Below are positions 1 to 9,184 of a stretch of DNA of 64,000 bases, in pieces. Position numbers and translations under genes: made by a program. Every line of letters begins with the position of its first letter. Position 1 is the stretch's first letter. The notes beneath the pieces are model-generated. The model had not been told where the DNA came from. It did no database searches and saw only the letters and a program-made list of their open reading frames with translations. Source of the DNA: an uncultured Methanosarcinales archaeon (GTDB lineage: Archaea; Nanobdellota; Nanobdellia; Woesearchaeales; ARS49); contig CAZWVL010000002.1 of NCBI GenBank assembly GCA_964637115.1, positions 32,001 through 96,000 on the forward strand, given 5' to 3'.

Positions 1-19
1 ACGCGTAACACAAAAAACA

Positions 20-475
20 GTGCCGGGCAACAGAATCGTCTGGGGCTTTATCGGAGTAGCACTGCTCGTGTTAATCGCAGTTGCACTCACTCCATCAAGC
101 GGCACTGTTGCACACGGCATACCGCCACAAGTCTGGCAGCAAGATTTAGTACACTCACTTGACTTAAGCAACTATTTCAAAGACCCTGACAGCGACAAGT
201 TAACCTTCAGCGTCTCAAAAACAAACCGCATTGCTATTGACATCGTTGGCAGCACAGCCTTCATGACTCCAGATCCGGGCTGGACTGGAGAAGAAAGAGT
301 CAAGTTCGGAGCCTCAGACAGCAAAGGAGGATTTATAGCAAGCAACACGGTTCCATTGCGCGTTCAAAGCCATCTAGTGCCACCACGCATACAACCGTAC
401 ATTGCACTTCTTGTGGCAATCGTTGCATTAATTCTGATAGTGTGGTCAATCAGATCACAAAACAAGAAGAAATAA
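20..475 (+). CDS. Membrane-anchored protein with Ig/cadherin-like domain (possibly 5'-partial)
   Basis: Hydrophobic segments at both ends. DLSNYFKDPDSDKLTFSV resembles cadherin-like/Big repeats. The frame is open to the window edge, so the start is uncertain. Confidence 0.6.
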   Translation: MPGNRIVWGFIGVALLVLIAVALTPSSGTVAHGIPPQVWQQDLVHSLDLSNYFKDPDSDKLTFSVSKTNRIAIDIVGSTAFMTPDPGWTGEERVKFGASDSKGGFIASNTVPLRVQSHLVPPRIQPYIALLVAIVALILIVWSIRSQNKKK

Positions 476-1591
476 TTCGTACAGCATACCGATAGCGAAT
501 AAAGCAATTAAAACTGTATAACCAAGCCAGTTTATTCTCAGACTAAATTCCGGCTTTCTCTCAGAACGCTTTCTTGCCTTTATATGCATCAAAACGACAG
601 TAATGCCGGCAATACCTCCGGCAAAAGCACCTGCAACCTCCAAAGTCCTCACAAAAGACTGCACGCCGGCAAGAATCAAAGCCAAAGGAATGAGCAAAGT
701 CAAAGACCACGCTTCCAAATGAGGCAGTTTGTAGTCAATCCAATACATTTCTTTCAATGCGTAGCCCAATGCTATAAATGATGTCGCCATGGCCAAAATA
801 GCGAAAGCGTGCAATAGAATAAAGCCAATTCCACCAATCAATTGACCAACACCAATAGTAGCAACTTCAGTTGTTCCAATCCCAGTAACTCCAACAACAG
901 CAGCAGCAAATAACAAATACACGACAATCGGAATAACAGAGCCGATAATGATTGCACGCTTTGTCAATAGCCTGCACGTCTTCATTTCTTCCCTTACTTC
1001 AGGAATGGCTGCAGTGCCGATGTATGCGAATAGCACGACGCCGAACGGCAGCAATAAAGCCTCCCACGAAAATCCGATAAAACGTTCAGCAAAGAAATGC
1101 GGCGAAGAAAACAAAATAACCAGAATAACGCCAAATATGATAAATTTCAATGCCTCCATAAACAATTCTGAGCGACCAAGAATACCGATGCCTCCAAATA
1201 TTATCCACGCCATTAACGCATAAAACAAAACAGCCCACAGCCAGAAAGAACCACCAAGCAAAGCCTGCACGCTCTGCCCGACACCAACAGTATACGCGAT
1301 TAATGCGCCATAAACACCGATAACCATTGAAGCTGTCATCAAATACTTGCCTTTCATGCCAAGATACTTTTCTGCATAGCCGGCCAACTGCATACACTTG
1401 TCAGAACGAAGAGTTACTTCGCCAATCAACAGATGCACGAACAAAGTTGCCAAACCAAGCCCGAGAATAACCAACATACCAGTCCAAAACCCGGCGTGTA
1501 CTACAACAAACGGAATGCCAAGAATACCGGCGCCAATAACGCAGCCGGTCAGAATAGCTATCGCCTGATAATACGCTAATGGACGTTTCAT
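455..1591 (-). CDS. Aromatic amino acid permease (TyrP/Mtr/TnaB-like)
   Basis: About 11 TM segments and an N-terminal GCVIGAGILGIP motif. Start placed at the ATG of MKRPLAY. Confidence 0.8.
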   Translation of the reverse strand: MKRPLAYYQAIAILTGCVIGAGILGIPFVVVHAGFWTGMLVILGLGLATLFVHLLIGEVTLRSDKCMQLAGYAEKYLGMKGKYLMTASMVIGVYGALIAYTVGVGQSVQALLGGSFWLWAVLFYALMAWIIFGGIGILGRSELFMEALKFIIFGVILVILFSSPHFFAERFIGFSWEALLLPFGVVLFAYIGTAAIPEVREEMKTCRLLTKRAIIIGSVIPIVVYLLFAAAVVGVTGIGTTEVATIGVGQLIGGIGFILLHAFAILAMATSFIALGYALKEMYWIDYKLPHLEAWSLTLLIPLALILAGVQSFVRTLEVAGAFAGGIAGITVVLMHIKARKRSERKPEFSLRINWLGYTVLIALFAIGMLYELFLLVL

Positions 1592-1685
1592 GCAACCTCT
1601 TTTTTTAGAAAACAAAGCTAATATCTGTTTTTAAATGTGATGTACAGAAACTTTTAAATACGCTCATAATCGACGATTGTTTCAA

Positions 1686-1758
1686 GGGGACGTAGTTCAA
1701 CCTGGTAGAACGGCCGGCTCCAACCCGGCTAATTCGGGTTCAAATCCCGCCGTCCCCA
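1686..1758 (+). tRNA. tRNA-Trp(CCA), intronless
   Basis: Acceptor GGGGACG/CGTCCCC, anticodon arm GCCGG-CTCCAAC-CCGGC, T loop TTCAAAT, TATA-like TTTTAAATA upstream. Confidence 0.95.
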
Positions 1759-1769
1759 CTTTATTTCAG

Positions 1770-2915
1770 TCACTCAATCGCTTCAAATACCGGCTTGCCA
1801 TCAACAATGTGGACAATCGCAAGGCTGTAAACTGCATCGCCGTCCTCGCCAAATGAGAATGTTCCGACCGCTCCCGTGCGGTCTTTTGTGGCTATAATCT
1901 TCTCTCTGATGCAATCCTTATCATCTTCGCCGCACACTGTAACAACTTCTGCGAGCAGCTTAACTGCATCGTAATTCTCGGCGACAAGCGCAAAGTCAAT
2001 CGCAGGAAGGTCGCCATACTTCTGCTGGTATACCTCGGCGAAATGCTTGCTTATTTCATTTGTATCAGGATCAGCATGCGGCGTCACGGCCCACGCTGTA
2101 GCAGGCATTGCTCCTTCGGATTTGACCCAGGCACCCTTGCTGATAGTAACAGGGTCGCCCATGACTGGCAATGTTATACTGAGCTCTTTGAGTTGCTTGA
2201 AGAACAGTGAGGTGGAATCAGGACCCTGCGCACTGAACAGAACCACATCAGGGTTTGTTTCTTTGAGCTTAAGGAGGTCAGTCCTGAAATCTGTGGTGCC
2301 GGGCGCGAACGAGTTTGCAGAGACAATTTCACCGCCAAGCTCCTTGAAACGCTTGGTGAAAGCGTTCACCACACCTTGCGGGAAGTCCCGCTGCTCATTG
2401 TAGACCGCGACCTTCTTGATGCCTTTCTTAAACGCGACTTCTGCCTGTGCGCCAGCATAGTATGTCGCAGATGGCGTGATGCGGAGCGCGTACTTTCCCT
2501 TGCCTGTAAATGCAGGAGATGATGTGTCGCCAGCGAACTGGAAGACGCCCTTTGCCTGCGTGACCGGCAGAATAGCCATGCTTTCGGTGCTGCAATGGCC
2601 GCCAATGATAATCTTGACTTTGTCCACGTCGATAAGCTTTGTTGCAGCCGTTACTGCGGTAGCGCCATCGCACTTGCCGTCCTCGGCAACAAGTTCAAGT
2701 TTCTTTCCGTTAATGCCGCCTGCCGCGTTAATTTCTTCTGCAGCAATCTGCACCGAGTTCAGTGCGGGCTGGCCATAGAGCGTTGCCGTACCAGTTAACG
2801 GGCCGATGAAGCCCCATTTCGTGATCTGTGCTGTTTTTTCCGCTGGTTGTCCCTGCGGTGCACAAGCTGCGAGCAGTATAAACATACTTATTGCGAGAAT
2901 AGCGGTCATTTTCAT
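1770..2915 (-). CDS. Branched-chain amino acid ABC transporter substrate-binding lipoprotein (LivJ/LivK family)
   Basis: Lipobox LLAAC and motifs GFIGPLTG, INAAGGINGK, EDGKCD. GGAGGG SD precedes the ATG at 2915; the track ORF is over-extended upstream. Confidence 0.9.
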   Translation of the reverse strand: MKMTAILAISMFILLAACAPQGQPAEKTAQITKWGFIGPLTGTATLYGQPALNSVQIAAEEINAAGGINGKKLELVAEDGKCDGATAVTAATKLIDVDKVKIIIGGHCSTESMAILPVTQAKGVFQFAGDTSSPAFTGKGKYALRITPSATYYAGAQAEVAFKKGIKKVAVYNEQRDFPQGVVNAFTKRFKELGGEIVSANSFAPGTTDFRTDLLKLKETNPDVVLFSAQGPDSTSLFFKQLKELSITLPVMGDPVTISKGAWVKSEGAMPATAWAVTPHADPDTNEISKHFAEVYQQKYGDLPAIDFALVAENYDAVKLLAEVVTVCGEDDKDCIREKIIATKDRTGAVGTFSFGEDGDAVYSLAIVHIVDGKPVFEAIE

Positions 2916-2977
2916 ATGTATCCCTCCAATATAGTGCACGTATTTTTCTAACATTTTAAAACTTGTGCTCGATACAG

Positions 2978-3325
2978 CTACTTCAGAATATGCACGACGT
3001 CTCCTACCTGTGTGCCAGACTTGAAAATCGTGCCGCGCGGAAGCTCCAAAAGAAACATAAATGGCTTGGAAGGATTGTAGCTGCTGTAAGTATCCCATTC
3101 AGATTGTAGTTCAACAACCTCCCAGCTCTCGTCGAGAAACACCAAGTCCATGTTGTCAGGACAGAACCAAGAATGCAGTTTCACAATCTTCTCCTTTGGA
3201 AATGTGAAAACCAATGGAACAACCTCTTTTCTGAACATCATCCCTTTTGTCTGCTGCCAGAAAGACCTGCATTCTTCAAAAGAATCAGCCAGTACACTGT
3301 CCTTAGTTCTGTTAATAATCGGCAT
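2978..3325 (-). CDS. DUF192 family protein
   Basis: ADSFEECRSFWQQTKGMMFR, DLVFLD and LELPRG match DUF192 motifs. Confidence 0.8.
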   Translation of the reverse strand: MPIINRTKDSVLADSFEECRSFWQQTKGMMFRKEVVPLVFTFPKEKIVKLHSWFCPDNMDLVFLDESWEVVELQSEWDTYSSYNPSKPFMFLLELPRGTIFKSGTQVGDVVHILK

Positions 3326-3600
3326 TATAAGTATTTCACAATTTTTTCCTTAGCGAGCCTCAAAAAGCTAAGTGTTTGGGCAGATTCCCGCACTTTCCTC
3401 GCATTCGTGCCTTCGCGCGAACCTTCTAAGTTCTTCGTCACAAAGTCTTGATAGAATTTAATCTGTGCGTTTAATACAGCAATCAACTGGTCTCTAGTCT
3501 CAATTTCATTCTGCGATATCCAATGCAAGAAAGTCGACCACTCAGTAGTATTTTTCACAAAATCAGGAACCTTTTTTTCCAAATCAGCTTTTATCGCCAT
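3325..3600 (-). CDS. Hypothetical protein
   Basis: 91-aa ORF tightly packed in an operon-like run, overlapping the next gene by 1 nt. Confidence 0.65.
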   Translation of the reverse strand: MAIKADLEKKVPDFVKNTTEWSTFLHWISQNEIETRDQLIAVLNAQIKFYQDFVTKNLEGSREGTNARKVRESAQTLSFLRLAKEKIVKYL

Positions 3601-3615
3601 TTTTTCCTCTTTAAT

Positions 3616-5328
3616 TTATCTTGTTAAAAACTTTTGCAATTTTTGCAATGACCAAGTGTTTATGACATCCTTTTCCTCAGCCCAGCCCCTTCTTGCCTGC
3701 GCAATCCCATACTCCATAAAACGCAACTGGTCAACAGCGTGGCTGTCAGTATCTATAGATATCTTGCAGCCAATCTCAACAGCAGACTTGATGTGCAAGT
3801 CCTTAAGGTCCAATCTCGTCGGATAAGCATCACATTCCAACGCAATACATCTGTCTTTTGCAGCTTGGGCAATCTTCTCAAAATCAAAATCATAAGGATC
3901 ACGCCTGCCGATAAGCCTGCCAGTAGGGTGCGCAAGCGCATTCACATATGGATTTTCAAATGCTTTCAAAATACGCTTAGTCATGTCTTGCCTTGTTGAT
4001 TTGAAGCGCGAATGAACTGCGGCAAGAACAAAATCGAGCTGCTTCAGATATTTATTGTCAAAATCTAATGAGCCGTCCGGCATAATGTCAACTTCACATC
4101 CTTTCAGAATCCTTATTTTAAATTTATTTTGCAGCTTGTCCAACTCTGCAATATACTTGACAAGCCGTTTCTCATCCATTCCATTTGCAATTCGCTCGCT
4201 CTTTGAATGGTCTGTCATTGCAATATACTTGTAACCTCTGTCCTGTGCAGCTTTCGCCATCTGTTCAGTAGAATGCAAGCCGTCGCTCCACTTGCTGTGC
4301 ATATGCAAATCACCTTTCATGGCATTGTAAGAAATAATGTGAGGGAGCTTATGCTTTAACGCTGCCTGAATCTCGCCCTGGTTCTCTCTCAATTCAGGTT
4401 CAATGTACGGAAGGCCAAGCTTTGTGTAAAGCTCTTTTTCAGTCCTGCCGCAAACATATCTTTCTTTCTTGAACAGGCCATACTCAGACAATTTGAAGCC
4501 TTTCTTGATTGCCATCTGCCTGAGAGAAACATTATGGTCCTTGTTGCCCGTAAAATACTGCAGTGCAGCGCCAAATGATTTCTCGTCGAGAACACGCACG
4601 TCTGATTGGATTCCATCTTTCAGAATGACTGTGGTCTTTGTTGTACCCTTTGCCAGCACGGTCTGGACTTCAGGCATTTTAGTGAAAAAATCCATCACTT
4701 TTGCCGGTTTTGAGCTGATGACAAGAATGTCAATATCGCCAACAGTCTCCCTCATTCTTCGCAAACTTCCAGCAGGCTCTGCTTTTTTCACGCCATCAAC
4801 TTCAGATAATCTTTCAGCGAATTCCCTTGCCATTGGCAGGGCAATGCCCAATAATGCGCGCTCTTTACCCTGTTTTAATATTCCAAGACCTCTGAGAACA
4901 TCTTGTTCGCTCTTTGCGCCAAAACCTTCCAGTTTTTTCAATTTTCCAGCCTTGGCAGCAGATTCCAGTTGAGAAAGACTTATGATTTTCAATTTTTTGT
5001 AAAGCTTCATCACTTTCTTCGGGCCAAGACCAGGAACGTGCATCATTTCCTCAACGCCCTTTGGAATTTTCTTGACAATTTGATTGAATTCCTTCATCTT
5101 TCCAGTCTTCAAGAACTCCTCAATTTTGGAAGCCAGACTCTGGCCAACACCGGGAATGCCCATCAATGCCCTTATTCCACCCTGCGCATACATTTTTTCA
5201 ATCGGTTCGCTCAATGTTTCAATGGCGCGTGCTGCTTTCCTGTACGCATTCGGCTTCCAATCAATACCCTGCATCTCAAGAATGTCAGCCATTTCAAAGA
5301 ACATGTCCGCGATTTCCTTATTTTTCAT
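3616..5328 (-). CDS. polX: Family X DNA polymerase with C-terminal PHP domain
   Basis: HhH motifs (IPGVGQS, VPGLGPK), GSLRR, catalytic GDIDIL, and PHP motifs HMHS, TDHS, DTDSH. Confidence 0.95.
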   Translation of the reverse strand: MKNKEIADMFFEMADILEMQGIDWKPNAYRKAARAIETLSEPIEKMYAQGGIRALMGIPGVGQSLASKIEEFLKTGKMKEFNQIVKKIPKGVEEMMHVPGLGPKKVMKLYKKLKIISLSQLESAAKAGKLKKLEGFGAKSEQDVLRGLGILKQGKERALLGIALPMAREFAERLSEVDGVKKAEPAGSLRRMRETVGDIDILVISSKPAKVMDFFTKMPEVQTVLAKGTTKTTVILKDGIQSDVRVLDEKSFGAALQYFTGNKDHNVSLRQMAIKKGFKLSEYGLFKKERYVCGRTEKELYTKLGLPYIEPELRENQGEIQAALKHKLPHIISYNAMKGDLHMHSKWSDGLHSTEQMAKAAQDRGYKYIAMTDHSKSERIANGMDEKRLVKYIAELDKLQNKFKIRILKGCEVDIMPDGSLDFDNKYLKQLDFVLAAVHSRFKSTRQDMTKRILKAFENPYVNALAHPTGRLIGRRDPYDFDFEKIAQAAKDRCIALECDAYPTRLDLKDLHIKSAVEIGCKISIDTDSHAVDQLRFMEYGIAQARRGWAEEKDVINTWSLQKLQKFLTR

Positions 5329-5728
5329 GTGCTTTCAGCCATTTCTCTGCTTTTCTCAATATGTTCTTCGCATTTTGGAAGGTTGCCTTATTCACCGCCT
5401 CTTTATATGGCAGCCAGATAAAACCTTTATGCTCAAATGACAAGTTCACCTTTTTTTGCCTTGTCTTAGCAAGATAGAAAACAACGAACTTCAAAAGCCT
5501 TTTCCCTTTCCACGTGTAGATGAAACTGATTGTTTCCTTAAAGCCAGGCAGAATAGATGCCTTTGAAATGCCAGTTTCCTCTTTTAGTTCACGCAGTGCA
5601 GTAGCCTTGGATTTTTCTCCTTTCTCCATAATACCCTTTGGAAAATCCCAATGACCTGACTTTAAAAGCAAGTATTCCCTCTTTTTAATCTCATTGAACA
5701 CCACAACTCCCGCGCTTCTCACTGGCAT
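5318..5728 (-). CDS. Nudix hydrolase (Ap4A hydrolase-like)
   Basis: Nudix box GIMEKGEKSKATALRELKEETGI and WDFPKG. Start at MPVRSAG. Confidence 0.9.
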   Translation of the reverse strand: MPVRSAGVVVFNEIKKREYLLLKSGHWDFPKGIMEKGEKSKATALRELKEETGISKASILPGFKETISFIYTWKGKRLLKFVVFYLAKTRQKKVNLSFEHKGFIWLPYKEAVNKATFQNAKNILRKAEKWLKAHEK

Positions 5729-5805
5729 ACCTTGCAAACATATATTCAGATATTTAAACCATGTCACAACAAAGCTTAAATACACCAGCTCTGGTATTTT
5801 TTATT

Positions 5806-6678
5806 ATGAAATATCTTTCACTCATCGTCATATCATTGCTCATTTTGGCGGCATGCGCTGCACCAGAGCCAAACAAGGCAAAACAACTAACAGATGACAT
5901 TAAGAAACAGGCAGAAGAACCAAAAACAGAGGCAACAACACCTCCATCAGAAAGTAATGAGACAAGTCCTGTAGCACAGGAAGCAATTTCTGCACCAACG
6001 CCAGATGAAGATTTGCAAAAAACATTAACTGAAACTGTCAAAGAAGTAACAGCAGGAAATGCAACCCGCACAAAGATGTACGATTTCCTTGATACGTTCG
6101 CAAAAAATGTCAGAAGCTACCAATTCAAATACAAAGGAACTGAATATTATGTCAAAGGAACACGATTCAAGATAATTCTTGACGCGCCTGTCATCGTCAA
6201 AAACGTCAAATTCGGAGAAATGCAGAAACAATTCTTCTATTATGATACAATATATGTCGACCGCGCAGCAAAAACAGCAATTGCCTTCTGCGAAGGCCAC
6301 AAAAGTCCCGTCAACTCCCAATGTTACGACTTAAAATTATATGATCTTGCTTATCCAGTTCCGATAAAAGAATATGATGTCATACTTCCTGAAGACTGGC
6401 TCTTTGCAAATCTGAATAATGAACCAAATCAAATAGAAGCCAACAAATATTACATCAAAGGCAGAGCAAGCATCTTTGTCAGATTTGAGACTGACCCAGC
6501 ACTTGAATTGAACATAGATCCCAGCACGGGGTTAATCATGCAGGCAGATTTAAAGAAAGGCAGTCAATTGGTTTCGCGCAATGAATATCTTGACTTGGTA
6601 TCAAACGAAGTGCGCGATGTAGATGTGCAGCACAGAAGCAGAGAAGAGATTCCGACTTCTGAAGCGTTTTATAGATAA
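5806..6678 (+). CDS. Hypothetical lipoprotein
   Basis: Lipobox ILAAC followed by a low-complexity linker. TATA-like CTTAAATA lies about 25-30 nt upstream of the ATG. Confidence 0.75.
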   Translation: MKYLSLIVISLLILAACAAPEPNKAKQLTDDIKKQAEEPKTEATTPPSESNETSPVAQEAISAPTPDEDLQKTLTETVKEVTAGNATRTKMYDFLDTFAKNVRSYQFKYKGTEYYVKGTRFKIILDAPVIVKNVKFGEMQKQFFYYDTIYVDRAAKTAIAFCEGHKSPVNSQCYDLKLYDLAYPVPIKEYDVILPEDWLFANLNNEPNQIEANKYYIKGRASIFVRFETDPALELNIDPSTGLIMQADLKKGSQLVSRNEYLDLVSNEVRDVDVQHRSREEIPTSEAFYR

Positions 6679-6710
6679 ATTTTAAAGCTGTTTATTATTC
6701 TTCTTTCTTA

Positions 6711-7214
6711 ATGAAAGACTCTCTCAAAGTTATTTCAAATGAAATTTCTGAATGCACAAAATGTCCATTGTATAAACACGCAATGCATGGCGTACCTGGA
6801 GAAGGGCCGGCAAATGCAAAAATATTCTTCATCGGCCAAGCGCCAGGCGCAAACGAAGACAAAACAGGAAGGCCATTTGTTGGCAGAGCAGGAAAATACT
6901 TGACAAAAATGATTGAATCAATAGGGCTCAAACGCGAAGATGTGTTTATCACCAGCACAGTCAAACATTTTCCACCAAAAAACAGGGCACCAACAGAACA
7001 AGAAATACACGCGTGTAGACCATATCTACTTCGGCAGCTTGATATTATCAAGCCAGAAATTGTGGTTCTGTTGGGCAGGACAGCGGAATGTATCAAACCC
7101 CTGCTGAACAGCAAGCACATCATGGTTACTGTGCATCCATCTGCAGCAATGCGCTTTACAAAAATGGCTGAGAGAATGGAAAAGGACTTTCAGAACCTTA
7201 AAAAGCTGTTATAG
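6711..7214 (+). CDS. udg: Uracil-DNA glycosylase, family 4
   Basis: CxxC plus two further Cys (Fe-S ligands), GQAPG, GRPFVGRAG and HPS motifs. Confidence 0.92.
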   Translation: MKDSLKVISNEISECTKCPLYKHAMHGVPGEGPANAKIFFIGQAPGANEDKTGRPFVGRAGKYLTKMIESIGLKREDVFITSTVKHFPPKNRAPTEQEIHACRPYLLRQLDIIKPEIVVLLGRTAECIKPLLNSKHIMVTVHPSAAMRFTKMAERMEKDFQNLKKLL

Positions 7215-7250
7215 ATAACTTTTTAAACGCCGTTCTGTTAAAACCGCACT

Positions 7251-7661
7251 ATGTCACGAGAATTCGACAAAGATATGGAAGATTACCTGCGCGCACGCAA
7301 GCGGGCAGGCATCAGCATCAAGGGCCTAAAAGAGATACTTCAAAATCTGATTCCTAAACGAAAATTACCAGACCATATAGAGCTTCATGAGGAAGTAGAA
7401 GTATACCACGAAAAAGCACCAGAGACAAAACGCAAAGACAGCATGCTAACCAAATTCTTCAAAAAAGAAGACCATTCAAGCGAAGAATTCCTGCAGGCAA
7501 AAATGGCAGCAGAAGACGCCATAGCAGACATCAAAGAAATATCAAAAATCACATTGAACATGATAAGACAACTGCCAGATGAGCAATTAAGACAGTTCAG
7601 ACAGTCAGAAGATTTTGAAAGAATGAAAACAATTCTGAAAAAACACGAATTGATTAAATGA
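7251..7661 (+). CDS. Hypothetical protein
   Basis: 136-aa ORF with TTTTTAAA about 25 nt upstream and an ATGA overlap with the next gene. Confidence 0.7.
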   Translation: MSREFDKDMEDYLRARKRAGISIKGLKEILQNLIPKRKLPDHIELHEEVEVYHEKAPETKRKDSMLTKFFKKEDHSSEEFLQAKMAAEDAIADIKEISKITLNMIRQLPDEQLRQFRQSEDFERMKTILKKHELIK

Positions 7662-8206
7662 AAACACTGGTTACTTTAGAAAAACTAAAAGAACTTCTCG
7701 ATGCATTTGAAAAAGCTCACATACATTACATGGTCATAGCCGGTTTCGGGCTTGATGGACTAAGAGGACATCAAACAAGACCGCACCAAGATGTGGATAT
7801 TCTTTGCTTAAAGAAAGATGCAAAAAAGATAGAAAAAACAACTTCTGATTTAAATTATAAAGGCGAATGGTTTCAGGATTTGTACAAGATAAAACGAAAA
7901 GAAGACGGAAGCAAAGCAGATTTGGCAATGGCAACAAAGGAAGGCGAAGAGTATGTCACTTATGGCAGAATAGCAGTTACGCGATTTCCCCGCATTTTAT
8001 TCAAACCGCAAATAGGAAGAATCAGAGACTTTAAATTCAAGATAGCGCCAAATGAACTCCTGAAAACATATGCCCTCCACGCGACGAAAGGCGACGACAA
8101 AGCATACGCCGATAAAATACCTGTTGACACAAAAATTATTGGGAAGATCCGAAGAGTCTTGAGAACTCCTCCTCAAACTGCAAAGCAATCTGCGGGTCAC
8201 GAATGA
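7658..8206 (+). CDS. Nucleotidyltransferase, Lnu/ANT(2'')-like
   Basis: AGFGLDGLRGHQTRPHQDVDIL resembles the GGWGVD...TREHRDIDI motif of lincosamide/aminoglycoside nucleotidyltransferases. Confidence 0.75.
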   Translation: MKTLVTLEKLKELLDAFEKAHIHYMVIAGFGLDGLRGHQTRPHQDVDILCLKKDAKKIEKTTSDLNYKGEWFQDLYKIKRKEDGSKADLAMATKEGEEYVTYGRIAVTRFPRILFKPQIGRIRDFKFKIAPNELLKTYALHATKGDDKAYADKIPVDTKIIGKIRRVLRTPPQTAKQSAGHE

Positions 8207-9017
8207 TGACTATGTTTTCGTCGTTTCGTTCGTTAGCAGCTTTTGAAGGATTGTAACTGCCGGTAATAACTGTATTACCGTCAATGATGAAAACTTTGTG
8301 GTGGACTTTTGCGATTTTTGACAAGTCTTTGAGTTTTTCGTATTCACTGTACTTGTTTTTTCTGGGATCAAATACGCCTCTTATGTCAAGACCCTGAGAT
8401 TTTTTCTCGAGCAACATGTTACCAATGCTGTCATCAGTAAACGAATAAGCCATGAAATGGATAGACTGCTTTGCTTCGCTCAATACGTTAATAACATTAC
8501 TTTGGCAATTGTCCTCGGGGCAGAAATAAGCTTCAGCAAGCTGTCCATTAAGTTTTACCAAACCTGGAAACTGCGTGCCACCATGAAAATCTTTATTGTA
8601 AAGCTCATCAAATTCTTTTTTATACGCATGTGCCAAAGTCCTGCTCTGAATCAAAACAACATTATTAGGAATCGTCATCTCTTGCGCAGGATTCCAAGAG
8701 CCGGTCCAGACATATTGGTTATCAATAACACAGAATTTGTTATGCATTAAGCCATTTCCAAATTCCGCAACAGAGCCCGGCAATGGGTGCTCCTCATCAG
8801 TAACCAGCTTGGCATCCTTTTGGTCAAGCAGGCCAAAGAAGTTGTTGTTAATGTGGTATAAGGCACACGACAAAGACTGGGCATTAGCAATCTTTTCAGC
8901 AAATATCTGAGTACAATTCACTTTATCGCAAAAGAAAGCCTCTATGGTACCTGTTTCCTCTGGAATAGGTGTTACCATGCACCCAACCAACAGTAGGCAA
9001 ATCAAGGCATACTTCAT
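8136..9017 (-). CDS. Phospholipase D superfamily lipoprotein (two HKD motifs)
   Basis: HNKFCVID...TGSWN and HHKVFIID...TGSYN motifs, with lipobox LLVGC. Confidence 0.88.
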   Translation of the reverse strand: MKYALICLLLVGCMVTPIPEETGTIEAFFCDKVNCTQIFAEKIANAQSLSCALYHINNNFFGLLDQKDAKLVTDEEHPLPGSVAEFGNGLMHNKFCVIDNQYVWTGSWNPAQEMTIPNNVVLIQSRTLAHAYKKEFDELYNKDFHGGTQFPGLVKLNGQLAEAYFCPEDNCQSNVINVLSEAKQSIHFMAYSFTDDSIGNMLLEKKSQGLDIRGVFDPRKNKYSEYEKLKDLSKIAKVHHKVFIIDGNTVITGSYNPSKAANERNDENIVIIRDPQIALQFEEEFSRLFGSSQ

Positions 9018-9184
9018 TTATAAACTCCTTCAGGGGCCCTTTATAAAGCCCCTGCCCATGATTACGTTGTTGTTACTCTTAAGTAGTCGGAAATCGAAAG
9101 ATTTATATATTCCTATACTATATGAGAGTAGTAACAAGGGTGGTGTAGGGGTGATAAAACATTCTACGCCATTTCATTTCAAAA

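Noticed and set aside
2916-3098. Longer 442-aa version of the ABC binding protein
   Set aside because: It overlaps DUF192, and the SD plus lipobox define the start at 2915.
3616-7214. PolX, Nudix and UDG cluster as a novel repair system
   Set aside because: All are ordinary families with canonical motifs, and UDG is on the opposite strand, separated by an unrelated lipoprotein.
8136-9017. PLD protein as a defence-system nuclease
   Set aside because: It carries a lipobox export signal and has no methylase, helicase or other defence neighbours.
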